Virus record (IMG/VR): IMGVR_UViG_3300001846_000277
Span: 3,664-67,663 of that record
From: a virus
Length of the DNA: 64,000 nucleotides
Direction: 5' to 3' (one strand)
Made by a program: the position numbers and the translations under genes
Notes under the pieces: generated by a model
Told to the model about the DNA's origin: nothing
Database searches by the model: none
What the model saw: the letters and a program-made list of their open reading frames with translations, nothing else
In this document: positions 38,909-48,453 of the stretch, in pieces
Numbering within the stretch: position 1 is the stretch's first letter
Layout: each line of letters begins with the position of its first letter

Positions 38909-39715
38909 ATGATACGTGGTTTCGAAAACTTACCCTACATTGACTTAGATCCTTTTTTAGACATAGAAGGATTCAAAAATTTAAATGCCGAAATCTGTAG
39001 AGGCATGGCTCAAGCACGACCATTTGCCAAAGAAGGCACATGGATGCCAGCAGGTTTTGATTTAAAAGATATGAGCTACATTGGCAATTGGAAGCCTGTG
39101 TATAAAGCCTTTGAAGAATATCAAGCATTAGAAGCAGATGATCCTATACGTGTAGAAGGTGATAAGATTTTCCCTCAAGACTTTACTAACTATGCTGAAC
39201 GTAATCAATTTGTTAGATATTTAAAAAGTGCCATGGGCGCACACGATCCGTATACCTACTATGTTTTACAAGAAGAAGGCACCAATATGAAAGATAGAGG
39301 TGCTGAACAAAGAGCAGCAACAGAAGAAAGTTCTTACTTTCCGGGTGTTATGAGTTGGATAGCACAACTACAGGAAAAATCAATTGTAGAACACGTAGGT
39401 AGAGTAATGTTTTTTGTTAGTGAAGCAAGTAGTAGACCTTTTGAGCATAGAGATTTAGATCCAGAAGTAAAAGACTATACTGATCACAATATTGAATTTA
39501 TTCATATACGTCCAAACACCAAGCGTGGATTTTATATTTGGGATCCAGAACACAAACGCAAACATTATGTAAATTCACTTGCTTGTTTTTTTAACGATCA
39601 AGATTGGCATGGTGGCGAATTTTCTATGGAGCAAGAATATGGACTGCGTATTGACTGTAAATTTACACAAGAATTTAAAGAACGCATAGGAATAGGACAC
39701 TTGACACATTACTAA
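38909..39715 (+). CDS. putative Fe(II)/2OG oxygenase-like protein
   Basis: PFEHRD...FFNDQDWHGG...LRID. Confidence 0.5.
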   Translation: MIRGFENLPYIDLDPFLDIEGFKNLNAEICRGMAQARPFAKEGTWMPAGFDLKDMSYIGNWKPVYKAFEEYQALEADDPIRVEGDKIFPQDFTNYAERNQFVRYLKSAMGAHDPYTYYVLQEEGTNMKDRGAEQRAATEESSYFPGVMSWIAQLQEKSIVEHVGRVMFFVSEASSRPFEHRDLDPEVKDYTDHNIEFIHIRPNTKRGFYIWDPEHKRKHYVNSLACFFNDQDWHGGEFSMEQEYGLRIDCKFTQEFKERIGIGHLTHY

Positions 39716-39728
39716 TGTGTGTTATAAT
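39701..39728 (+). promoter_or_regulatory. sigma70-type promoter, leaderless
   Basis: TTGACA (39701-39706), 16 nt, TGt-TATAAT (39723-39728), then 5 nt to ATG 39734. Confidence 0.7.
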
Positions 39729-39733
39729 TTAAT

Positions 39734-40429
39734 ATGGTAATTGACGGAGTTTACATCCCCCTTAAAAGAAATTGGAATAGAATTGGCATCAGTCTAAGTG
39801 GCGGTGCTGACAGTGCTTTGCTGGCTTACTTTGTGTTGAGTAATACAAACGCTGATATCTACTTTATCACACAGGTGCGTATGTGGAAAACACGCCCTTG
39901 GCAACGTTGGGTTGCTAGAGATGTAGTAAGTTGGTTCCGTGAAAAGTTCCATAATCGCATTGAACACATAGAAGGCTTTATACCTCCCGAAATGGAAGAG
40001 CCACATACAACATTTATTACTGACGAATATGGACAAAGTAAGCCTGGTAACAGGATTATACTGCGAGCTCACAATGAATACATTGCACACCTACACAAAC
40101 TTGACGCATGGTATGCTGCTGTGACACTTAATCCAGATGAAAAGTTTGAAGGTGCTCCTGAGGACAGAGAATATGCTAGATTGCCTGCCGAAACAAAACA
40201 TATGGGTGTAACAGTGTGTCATCCTTTTAGTATGGTTCGTAAAAATTGGATTATAAAACAGTATGTTGATTATGAAATTGGCGAACTGTTGGAAATAACA
40301 CGTAGTTGTGAAGGAGAATTTGAAGGGCTAGACTATACAACATACAAACCTTATCAACATGTGCCATACTGTAACGAATGTTTTTGGTGTAAAGAACGTG
40401 AATGGGGTATAGCTAATGCATCCAAGTAA
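39734..40429 (+). CDS. QueC-like PP-loop ATP pyrophosphatase
   Basis: IGISLSGGADS PP-loop; C-terminal TRSC...CNECFWC.ER matches the QueC-type Zn motif. Confidence 0.65.
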   Translation: MVIDGVYIPLKRNWNRIGISLSGGADSALLAYFVLSNTNADIYFITQVRMWKTRPWQRWVARDVVSWFREKFHNRIEHIEGFIPPEMEEPHTTFITDEYGQSKPGNRIILRAHNEYIAHLHKLDAWYAAVTLNPDEKFEGAPEDREYARLPAETKHMGVTVCHPFSMVRKNWIIKQYVDYEIGELLEITRSCEGEFEGLDYTTYKPYQHVPYCNECFWCKEREWGIANASK

Positions 40430-41675
40430 AACTTTTTGTTTACACCCTTTTACAGGTCTTGCTACCAGAGAAGACGGTGCAATCAAAGTATGCTGTCGTA
40501 GTCAACCAATTGGCTGGATACAAGATGAAACATTGGAAAGTGCATGGAATAACAAAAACATGCTTAGAGTTCGTGAGCAAGTATTAAATAATGAAATACC
40601 AGCCGAATGTGTTCCTTGCTTTGATTTAGAAGCACAGGGTGTAGAAAGTTTAAGACAAAGACATATAAGAGACAGTTTTCCTGATGCACGTATAAACTTG
40701 TATCCTGATGCATTAGACAAACTCAATGATGACTATACCATGCCGTTTGAGTTTCCTACTATTGAGATAAAAATTAACAACTTGTGCAATCTCAAGTGTA
40801 GAATGTGCAATCCATTAGACAGCACACAGTGGAAAGACTGGGAAGAAGTAGAACAGTTTTATGAGGCAGAAGACAACTACTTAGTGGATGCTGTGCGCAA
40901 ACTAGGATTAACACGAGCACCATACATTGGCTTGTTTGAAGATAGTGCAGAGTTTTGGAGCAATCTTGAAAAATTGCTTCCATATTTCCGCAGAATTGAT
41001 TTTGCTGGTGGCGAACCACTGATGGATCCTAGTCACTATCGCATTTTAGATATGTTAGCACCATACGGCGAAAACATTGAAATAAAGTATGCTACAAACG
41101 GCACAGTGACGGGTATAAAGGGCGGAAGAACCATACACGACTATTGGCCTAAGTTTAAAAACGTGGTCGTAAATGTAAGCATAGACGGGCTACACGATGT
41201 GTATGAATACATTAGAGGCAATGGTAAGTTTGAAGAAGTGGAAGAAAATGTCAAAATCTTTAAGAGCTTTCCCAATGTTAAATATGTTGTAGGTGCTTGC
41301 ACTGTCCAAGCAGGTAATGTTTTACAATTGCCACAGATTATCGATTATTTTTTAAACACAATGGGCATTGTGTTTTACTCGCACAGAGTAAACTATCCAA
41401 ATGTTTTAAGTGCTCAGTGTTTACCAAACAAATACAAGCAAAAAGTTGTAAAAGAATTAATTAAAATTAAAGAAGATGTAAAAAAATATCCTATTATGAG
41501 TTTAAACGATAAGTTACTACCTATTACATTACGACAAATTGATGATAATATTAACTTTCTATTAGCCAAGGACTTGTCTCACAAATGGCCACAAACTGTA
41601 GAGTTCAATCGTAGATTAGACAAAAGTCGTAATCAAACAAATTTTGAAGATTTAATTAATGATTACGGAAATTAA
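40416..41675 (+). CDS. radical SAM enzyme, type A
   Basis: FCLHPF...CC...C..C; CNLKCRMC; GGEP. Confidence 0.9.
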   Translation: MHPSKTFCLHPFTGLATREDGAIKVCCRSQPIGWIQDETLESAWNNKNMLRVREQVLNNEIPAECVPCFDLEAQGVESLRQRHIRDSFPDARINLYPDALDKLNDDYTMPFEFPTIEIKINNLCNLKCRMCNPLDSTQWKDWEEVEQFYEAEDNYLVDAVRKLGLTRAPYIGLFEDSAEFWSNLEKLLPYFRRIDFAGGEPLMDPSHYRILDMLAPYGENIEIKYATNGTVTGIKGGRTIHDYWPKFKNVVVNVSIDGLHDVYEYIRGNGKFEEVEENVKIFKSFPNVKYVVGACTVQAGNVLQLPQIIDYFLNTMGIVFYSHRVNYPNVLSAQCLPNKYKQKVVKELIKIKEDVKKYPIMSLNDKLLPITLRQIDDNINFLLAKDLSHKWPQTVEFNRRLDKSRNQTNFEDLINDYGN

Positions 41676-42603
41676 AAATAATATCAATGACGATACGCTA
41701 ATGATAGATATGAGTATTGGTAATATTTGTAATTATCAATGTTGGTATTGTTTTAAAGGAGCCCACGAAGGTAATCATAAATGGTTTGATTACGATATAT
41801 TAATTAAGAATACAGACAGACTGCTCAAATGGTATATGAGTCAAGGTAAAACTAAATTTGATATTCATTTTGTAGGCGGTGAACCCACACACTGGCCAAA
41901 GTTACTAGATTATATAAAATATTTAAAAGACAACTACAACTGTTTAATTAGTATGACCAGCAATGGTAGTAAAAAATTAGACTTATGGAATAAATTTGCC
42001 AAATATTTTGACAAAATACATCTAAGCTATCATCATAAACAGGCCAATCTACAGTCATTCATTAATGTTGCTGATTTACTGTATAAAAATAAAGTTATTG
42101 TAAGTGCTAGTGTAATGATGGATCCGTTAGATTGGGACAAATGTATATCAGCAATTAAACAAATGAAAAAAAGCAAGTATCGCTGGACTATTAGATATTC
42201 AGAAATTTTAAGTCATGAAAAATATACAGAAAAACAAAAAATTATTTTAAAAAAACATAAAGCTCGTAGTGCTAATCCTTTTTGGTTTTTTATTAATAAC
42301 AAATACAAATCAACTAAAATATATGTAGACAAGAAACGTGTGCCAGACAATTATATTTTAGTAAATAAACTTAATAATTTCAAAGATTGGAAATGTAATT
42401 TAGGATTAGACTGGATACATGTTAGCCCAAACGGTGAATTAAGTGGAACATGTGGACAACATTTATTTGGCGAAGATAAAAATTATAATTTTAGACAAAA
42501 AACATTTTATAAAAAGTTTAATCCTACATTACAACCTGTTATTTGTAATCAAAGCGAATGTAAGTGTATGCCGGAGACTAATATCAGTAAATGTTTAGTG
42601 TAG
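41659..42603 (+). CDS. radical SAM enzyme, type B (paralog of 48446-49354)
   Basis: GNICNYQCWYCF.GA.EG; GGEP; WKCNLG...C...C....C.C. Confidence 0.9.
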   Translation: MITEIKNNINDDTLMIDMSIGNICNYQCWYCFKGAHEGNHKWFDYDILIKNTDRLLKWYMSQGKTKFDIHFVGGEPTHWPKLLDYIKYLKDNYNCLISMTSNGSKKLDLWNKFAKYFDKIHLSYHHKQANLQSFINVADLLYKNKVIVSASVMMDPLDWDKCISAIKQMKKSKYRWTIRYSEILSHEKYTEKQKIILKKHKARSANPFWFFINNKYKSTKIYVDKKRVPDNYILVNKLNNFKDWKCNLGLDWIHVSPNGELSGTCGQHLFGEDKNYNFRQKTFYKKFNPTLQPVICNQSECKCMPETNISKCLV

Positions 42604-43487
42604 AAAACAGATGGCCACATTATAGAGATAGTGTAAAAGTAGAATGGAACCTAGGTAAGCGTTGCAACCTAGATTGTTCTTATTGTCCTCCTGAAATACA
42701 TGACCAACACAGTCCGCATACAAACGTAGGCAAACTTTTTGATACTGTAGATACGCTTTCCAAAATAGACAATGTGCGAATTAGTTTTACAGGAGGCGAG
42801 CCTTGTGTGCATCCTCAATTTGAACAATTGATAGAATATGCTAGACCAAAAATTAAATGGCTTAGTGTAACCACTAATGGAACAAGGAAGTCAGACTTCT
42901 ATTTAAATTTACGTGTAAATTATATTGTTTTTAGTTTACATTTTGAAGACGTTGACTGGAGTGTGAGACTTAATAACATAATTTATCTTGCCGGCACATT
43001 AGGAGGCACAAAATTTCCAAAAGATTATCATGTAATGGTAATGGCTCATCAAGATTATATGCCCGAAGTAAAATTAGCAACAAGATGGTTACTCGAGCAT
43101 AATATTCCGTTTAGTATTAGACGTATACGTTGGACTGAAAAACATGATTGGTTTGACGATATGCGTTATAATTTAAAAGATCTAGAATGGATTAAAAGCA
43201 CAGAAACAACTGCCAAGCCAAATACGCTTGTTGATAGCAAAGAACTAATGCACACTAACGATATACTTAAAAATAAATTAAATATGTTTAAAGGTTGGCA
43301 ATGTAGAGCAGGAATAGAAAGTTTAATGATCAATTGGGACGGCGAAGTGCATAGAGCAACCTGTAGAGTTGGTGGCAGTCTGGGAAATATATACGAAGGA
43401 ACATTTGTTAGACCAGAACAAAATATAATTTGCACTAGGAATTGGTGCACTTGTGCAGCAGATGTAAATATTACAAAATGGAAGTAG
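42591..43487 (+). CDS. radical SAM enzyme, type B
   Basis: WNLGKRCNLDCSYC; GGEP; WQCRAG...TC...C....C.C.AD. Confidence 0.9.
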   Translation: MFSVENRWPHYRDSVKVEWNLGKRCNLDCSYCPPEIHDQHSPHTNVGKLFDTVDTLSKIDNVRISFTGGEPCVHPQFEQLIEYARPKIKWLSVTTNGTRKSDFYLNLRVNYIVFSLHFEDVDWSVRLNNIIYLAGTLGGTKFPKDYHVMVMAHQDYMPEVKLATRWLLEHNIPFSIRRIRWTEKHDWFDDMRYNLKDLEWIKSTETTAKPNTLVDSKELMHTNDILKNKLNMFKGWQCRAGIESLMINWDGEVHRATCRVGGSLGNIYEGTFVRPEQNIICTRNWCTCAADVNITKWK

Positions 43488-44539
43488 ATGCAATAAAATT
43501 AACCAAACCCGAACCTATGATGGTTACATGGGATATCGGTAGAAGATGTAATTTTGATTGTAGTTATTGTGAAAGCACACGGCACAATACTTATAGTCCT
43601 CCTACAAGTTGGGCTAATTTGTGTGCTACGCTAGATTTTATAAAACAATACACAAGATTATATAATCAACCCAATGCTAACATTGGATTTACTGGTGGCG
43701 AACCAACTGTAAATCCACGCTTCTGGGACTTTGTAGGAAAAATAAACAACGAAACTGAATTTCAAGTTGGTATGACCAGCAACGGCACATGGCCAGAAAA
43801 GCATATTGATTTTATTAAACAAAACTTTGTAGGCATAACACTAAGTTATCATGCCGAAGCAAATCTTTTTAGCAAAGAACGCACAATTAACAATGCAATC
43901 TTAATAAAAGAAGCAGATATGTGGCTTACTGTAAATGTAATGATGCATACCGACCACTGGGATGAATGTGTTGAAGTTCACGAAAAACTCAAATCACACG
44001 GTATAGACAGCAAACCTACCATGATTGGTGACGGCAACTTAGGTGTCACAGATTGGTTTGAGGACACAGAAGGTGTTCAGCGTAGGACCAGTCATCCATA
44101 TACCAAACAACAACAAGAATGGTATCTACGAGAAAAAGGTTTGCCCACAAATATAGTGGAAAAAATTACTGAAGGCTATGAATTACCAAGAGGCTGCTGT
44201 GGTGCTAGAAGTATAGAAGGTAGTTGTAATGGCTGTTGGCAGAATGTAGAAGCAGTGAACACCAACTTCAAAGACTGGTATTGTGCTGTTAACCGTTATT
44301 TCCTACACATTGATCAACACACAGAAAAAGTATATCACCATCAAACCTGTCAAACCAGTTTCAGTGGCAGGAAAGGACCAATAGGCAGACTCAGCAATCC
44401 TGATGGTATACTAAACTATGCTTATGAAAACAGAGATAGGATCATACGCTGCCCGCACAGTAGATGTGGTTGCGGTATGTGTGTTCCTAAAGCTAGGTCA
44501 CTTGATGTTTTTCAACAAATTGTTGGCTCGGGTTTGTAG
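43478..44539 (+). CDS. radical SAM enzyme, type B with extra Cys cluster (paralog of 47404-48453)
   Basis: WDIGRRCNFDCSYC; GGEP; RGCCG; C.H..CGCGMC.PKA; start moved to ATG 43478. Confidence 0.9.
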   Translation: MEVDAIKLTKPEPMMVTWDIGRRCNFDCSYCESTRHNTYSPPTSWANLCATLDFIKQYTRLYNQPNANIGFTGGEPTVNPRFWDFVGKINNETEFQVGMTSNGTWPEKHIDFIKQNFVGITLSYHAEANLFSKERTINNAILIKEADMWLTVNVMMHTDHWDECVEVHEKLKSHGIDSKPTMIGDGNLGVTDWFEDTEGVQRRTSHPYTKQQQEWYLREKGLPTNIVEKITEGYELPRGCCGARSIEGSCNGCWQNVEAVNTNFKDWYCAVNRYFLHIDQHTEKVYHHQTCQTSFSGRKGPIGRLSNPDGILNYAYENRDRIIRCPHSRCGCGMCVPKARSLDVFQQIVGSGL

Positions 44540-45539
44540 TAAGATTGCCACAGGTTCTAGCACAAGTATATAATTTGTATGTAGTCCAGTAGCGTTTCCA
44601 AACGCTTGTATATCCAGGCTTGCTGATAACTTGTTTGATGCTTTGGTTGCGTAAATTTGTGTTGCCTAAGTCTGCTATCAAAAACTCATATTGACTTTTG
44701 ATTTTTTGTTTTGCTTCATAAAATGGGTCTTGCCTAATGTGATAGTTGTAAGGTATGCTGGCTAAAAAGCAGCAAGGCATCAAATCTAAGTGTGCGTCTA
44801 TGTAAACTTCATGTTGCTTTTTTGCCCAACAGTCTATTACGCTTGCTTCTACTAGATCTGGTATTTGTTCAGGGTCAATAGGTTGTGTGGGCGTGTGTGG
44901 TTCTAGTGTGTCTATAACATATCCTAGATTGTTTTTTACTGAGAAGCTGTTTTCAAAAGCAAATCTACTGCTGTCTTTCATAGTGAAATATTTAAATCCA
45001 TAGTATTTTGCGACTTCTTGTGCTGCTTTTACTTGATCAGCGTTGTGCTTGAATCTTATCATACTCCATTCTGCTGTGCCACCGGCATTAATAAATGTTC
45101 TAGCATTGTTTATGATTTTGTTGTAGTCAGTGTTGATCCTATATCTACTGTGGGTATTGGCTAATCCGTCTATGGCAAAAACAACTTTGTGTTCTGCGGG
45201 CAAATGTTTTGGCAGGTCTTTCCACCAACGTTCATTTCGTAAACTACCATTGGTGTGTATGTCGATATAGATATCATCATCCTTTACCCAGTCTAACATT
45301 TTAACCAAATGAAAGTTTAGCAACGGATCACCAAAGTTGCCACAGAACGTAATTTTTTCAATTTGTCTCTTGACTTCTTCGTCAAAAACCTGTATAAAGT
45401 CGTTAAAGGTCCAGTCTGCTTCACGTAACAAAGGATTTTGTATGCCGCCATGATAGTTCCTGCTACACATAGGGCATTGTGCTTGACAGCGATTTGATAT
45501 TTCTATGTGGACGCTTTTGAGATTTGTAAAACTAAACAC
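44493..45539 (-). CDS. radical SAM enzyme, type C (GTG start)
   Basis: EISNRCQAQCPMC; CGNFGDP; PCC...C...C. Confidence 0.9.
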   Translation of the reverse strand: MFSFTNLKSVHIEISNRCQAQCPMCSRNYHGGIQNPLLREADWTFNDFIQVFDEEVKRQIEKITFCGNFGDPLLNFHLVKMLDWVKDDDIYIDIHTNGSLRNERWWKDLPKHLPAEHKVVFAIDGLANTHSRYRINTDYNKIINNARTFINAGGTAEWSMIRFKHNADQVKAAQEVAKYYGFKYFTMKDSSRFAFENSFSVKNNLGYVIDTLEPHTPTQPIDPEQIPDLVEASVIDCWAKKQHEVYIDAHLDLMPCCFLASIPYNYHIRQDPFYEAKQKIKSQYEFLIADLGNTNLRNQSIKQVISKPGYTSVWKRYWTTYKLYTCARTCGNLTTNPSQQFVEKHQVT

Positions 45540-45543
45540 TTTT

Positions 45544-45573
45544 TATTTATATACGCACTTAACGAACTAAATA
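45544..45573. promoter_or_regulatory. divergent leaderless late-promoter pair with extended motif
   Basis: Minus AAGTGCGTATATAAATA (45560..45544), 4 nt before GTG 45539; plus TAAATA (45568-45573), 4 nt before ATG 45578. Confidence 0.7.
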
Positions 45574-45577
45574 CCAT

Positions 45578-46327
45578 ATGGATCATATAGAGTTTTATCA
45601 GCAGCATAAAAATGCCGCAACAGAATTACGTCCGCTTCCAGATTATGGATTAGAAGATCAAGCACGTTGGATTATTTCAGGACATGGCTATCAATATCTA
45701 GAACTAGACTGGATGTTCCCTACTGCTCAATGGCAAAAGGAAAGCAATTTAGCTGAACCTTATTATGTAGCACATAGAGATGAAGCCACAGGAGAAGGCA
45801 CACACAATGGATGGAGTAGTTGTGTGCTACACGGTATAGGCATAGACAAAACCAATGTGTATCAAACATACGGATATGAAACAGAGCCCACATATTCATG
45901 GACTGAACTAGGAGAAAAGTGTAAAAGCATACGCATGTTCTTTGAAACTGTGTTTCCAGCAGAACGTTTTGCTAGAATACGCTTTATGCGATTAGCACCT
46001 GGTGGTTGGATATCACCGCACAATGACTTTTCACCCATGGTAACTTCAGAAAATCTTTTTGACTTTCCTATACCTGTGAACATTGCTGTAGATCATCCTG
46101 ACAATTGCCACATGACCATAAAAGACTCTGGAGTAGTTCCTTTTGAATCTGGAAAGATGTGTTTAGTAAACATATTCCGTGATCACAGTGTAGTAAACTT
46201 CAGTGACCGACCAAGAATACACATTATTGCTCACTGTTATTTAGGCAATCGCAAAAAAGAATACTGTGAACTAATTGTAGATAGTTATCGTAAACAACAT
46301 GAACGTATATCCAAGCAAATTCACTGA
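45578..46327 (+). CDS. aspartyl/asparaginyl beta-hydroxylase-domain oxygenase
   Basis: RIRFMRLAPGGWISPHND...CLVNIFRDHSVVNFSDRPRIHII. Confidence 0.8.
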   Translation: MDHIEFYQQHKNAATELRPLPDYGLEDQARWIISGHGYQYLELDWMFPTAQWQKESNLAEPYYVAHRDEATGEGTHNGWSSCVLHGIGIDKTNVYQTYGYETEPTYSWTELGEKCKSIRMFFETVFPAERFARIRFMRLAPGGWISPHNDFSPMVTSENLFDFPIPVNIAVDHPDNCHMTIKDSGVVPFESGKMCLVNIFRDHSVVNFSDRPRIHIIAHCYLGNRKKEYCELIVDSYRKQHERISKQIH

Positions 46328-47456
46328 TAATAAAACCTGTGTGTGTATTGTAAACGATGTTGCTGAATACACTGTGGACCGAGAACTGGTTGTAAATCGT
46401 GCTGACTACACAATCAGCAACTTAACTGGCCAGGGCTATACTGTGTTTGAACATACCAGCGTAGACAAACTGCTACAACGTGCCTGTGGCAAATACGATC
46501 GTGCTGTTGTAATCAGTGCTGGCACAGAATTCGTCAACGGCACACAGTTTTTTGACACCCATCCTGAAGAATATGATTTGCTGTGCCACATACTGGACGG
46601 TGGCGATGCCTATTACGGAATACACCCACAATGTTTCAGCATCAACTTACAAACCTATGTTAACCTAGGCTGTCCTGAATTTGGAAAACCACAGTTCTTT
46701 ACAGATTACCAAGCACTTGAACCAATGCGCAGTCACAGTAATATACACGACGACTACTTACCAACATGGGTAGGCGCTGGAAAAATTATTGTAAACTACA
46801 AACACAAACAAGCAGGGTGGAATCTAATCAAGACCATGCTGGACAATCATCGTAGTATTCAAGCCTACTCAGGCGATCAACGTGCGGGCAAGTTTTATCA
46901 ATACAGGGGTGGAGAGACCTCAAGCTATATCTATCAAAAATATAATTATTGTTTAACTACACATGTTCACACACAAGCAACAGGCAAGCCCAACTATCCA
47001 AGAGTGTATGACACACCCATTATGCGTCTTGTAGCGCCTGCTAATCCTGCTGCTGCTGAACAACGTGGCCCTGCTGCTGAATACATATACTATGATTACA
47101 ATTTGTCAGCATTGGAAGCAGCAGGAGGCGGCATACATGTTGATCCTGTGAACACACCTGATGATTTTGTAGCACACATACCCAAAGACAATCCACAAGG
47201 CACAGTGATTGACATGAGCAACATATTCTGTTATGAAGGCACTGCTGCTATGTATAGTTTACGCTACAGAGTGGCGCAAGAGAATAAACTAATTGAATTG
47301 CTACAACAAGAACTAGGTGATGCTACTGTGATATTTGATCAACGGGCAGCAGAGGGTATACAGCCTTGGCGGGCGGAAACAGGCTTGGTGAAAGATCTCA
47401 CACTTACTGATTTTGACTGTTTAGATCTGCCATCATGGCATCAAACTGTGATTTAG
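46299..47456 (+). CDS. hypothetical protein (385 aa), possibly two-domain transferase
   Basis: Long coupled ORF; weak GT-A-like N-half and Rossmann-like C-half (YDYNLSAL, IDMSNIF). Confidence 0.6.
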   Translation: MNVYPSKFTDNKTCVCIVNDVAEYTVDRELVVNRADYTISNLTGQGYTVFEHTSVDKLLQRACGKYDRAVVISAGTEFVNGTQFFDTHPEEYDLLCHILDGGDAYYGIHPQCFSINLQTYVNLGCPEFGKPQFFTDYQALEPMRSHSNIHDDYLPTWVGAGKIIVNYKHKQAGWNLIKTMLDNHRSIQAYSGDQRAGKFYQYRGGETSSYIYQKYNYCLTTHVHTQATGKPNYPRVYDTPIMRLVAPANPAAAEQRGPAAEYIYYDYNLSALEAAGGGIHVDPVNTPDDFVAHIPKDNPQGTVIDMSNIFCYEGTAAMYSLRYRVAQENKLIELLQQELGDATVIFDQRAAEGIQPWRAETGLVKDLTLTDFDCLDLPSWHQTVI

Positions 47457-48453
47457 TTCGTGCTTTAGGCGCACATATACCACACCAACAACTTGATTTT
47501 TTACAAACTATGCCGCGATTGTGTGCTGATTCTAACATAGCATCTGGATCGCTCAAATTGCCAATAGGTCCTACACTGCCTGAATAATTCATCCTACAGT
47601 CTTTGTTTGTAAAAACTTCGCCTGTGTTTTGTCTAATATACAAAAAATGATCTGCTACACTACAATGCCAGTTTTTGAATCTGTTGTCAACACGTTTGGT
47701 ATCACAGCCGCCGGCACACAGCGTTTTGCCACCGCAACAGGCTCTGCCTTCAGCACTGAGATTCAGTCCTTTTACCAACGCATGAGCAATTTTGTCTTTT
47801 ATACCAACTCTGCGGCCCAACAAATATTCTGCTTGTTCAGCAGTATAGTTCCAACGCATGTCCAACCAATGATGGTCAATCTGTCTTGGTAGATGTGGTA
47901 TGTGATAGGCTTTACACCATTCAATCATTTGAACACAGTCTTCCCAATGTCTTGGATCCATCATGATGTTTACACAAAAGTTTTTGTCCTTGCCTTTACA
48001 ATACATGATGTTTTGTCTAACCATGTCTTTTTGTTTTTGGGTAGCACTGGCATGATAGCTTATTGTGTAATAGTCCACAAACTCTGATACTCTGGTCCAC
48101 TGTTTTACGCCAACTACAGCATTGGTTATAAATGCTATGCCCATATACCAATCGTATTTTTGTCTTTTGAAGTTTATCCATTTCAGTATATCAACTATAT
48201 GTGGATGGAATAGACTTTCACCACCTTGTATGTTTAAATTGGCTTGCCTGGCTGATAGAGGACGTTCTGCCATCTTGCGATCAACATAGCGAAATATAAA
48301 ATCCACAGTCTCATTACACTCGCCTAGTCCAGGATGTTCTGTTTTATTGTCATGACCATCGCCGCAATACGCACAATCAAGATTACATTTCAATGTGCTT
48401 TCCCAAGCAACTTGAAATATCCTGTCATCCTTTGGTATTAGTGTATCAAACAT
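47404..48453 (-). CDS. radical SAM enzyme, type B with extra Cys cluster
   Basis: WESTLKCNLDCAYC; QGGES; RACCG; CKKSSCWCGICAPKA. Confidence 0.9.
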   Translation of the reverse strand: MFDTLIPKDDRIFQVAWESTLKCNLDCAYCGDGHDNKTEHPGLGECNETVDFIFRYVDRKMAERPLSARQANLNIQGGESLFHPHIVDILKWINFKRQKYDWYMGIAFITNAVVGVKQWTRVSEFVDYYTISYHASATQKQKDMVRQNIMYCKGKDKNFCVNIMMDPRHWEDCVQMIEWCKAYHIPHLPRQIDHHWLDMRWNYTAEQAEYLLGRRVGIKDKIAHALVKGLNLSAEGRACCGGKTLCAGGCDTKRVDNRFKNWHCSVADHFLYIRQNTGEVFTNKDCRMNYSGSVGPIGNLSDPDAMLESAHNRGIVCKKSSCWCGICAPKARTKSQFDAMMADLNSQNQ

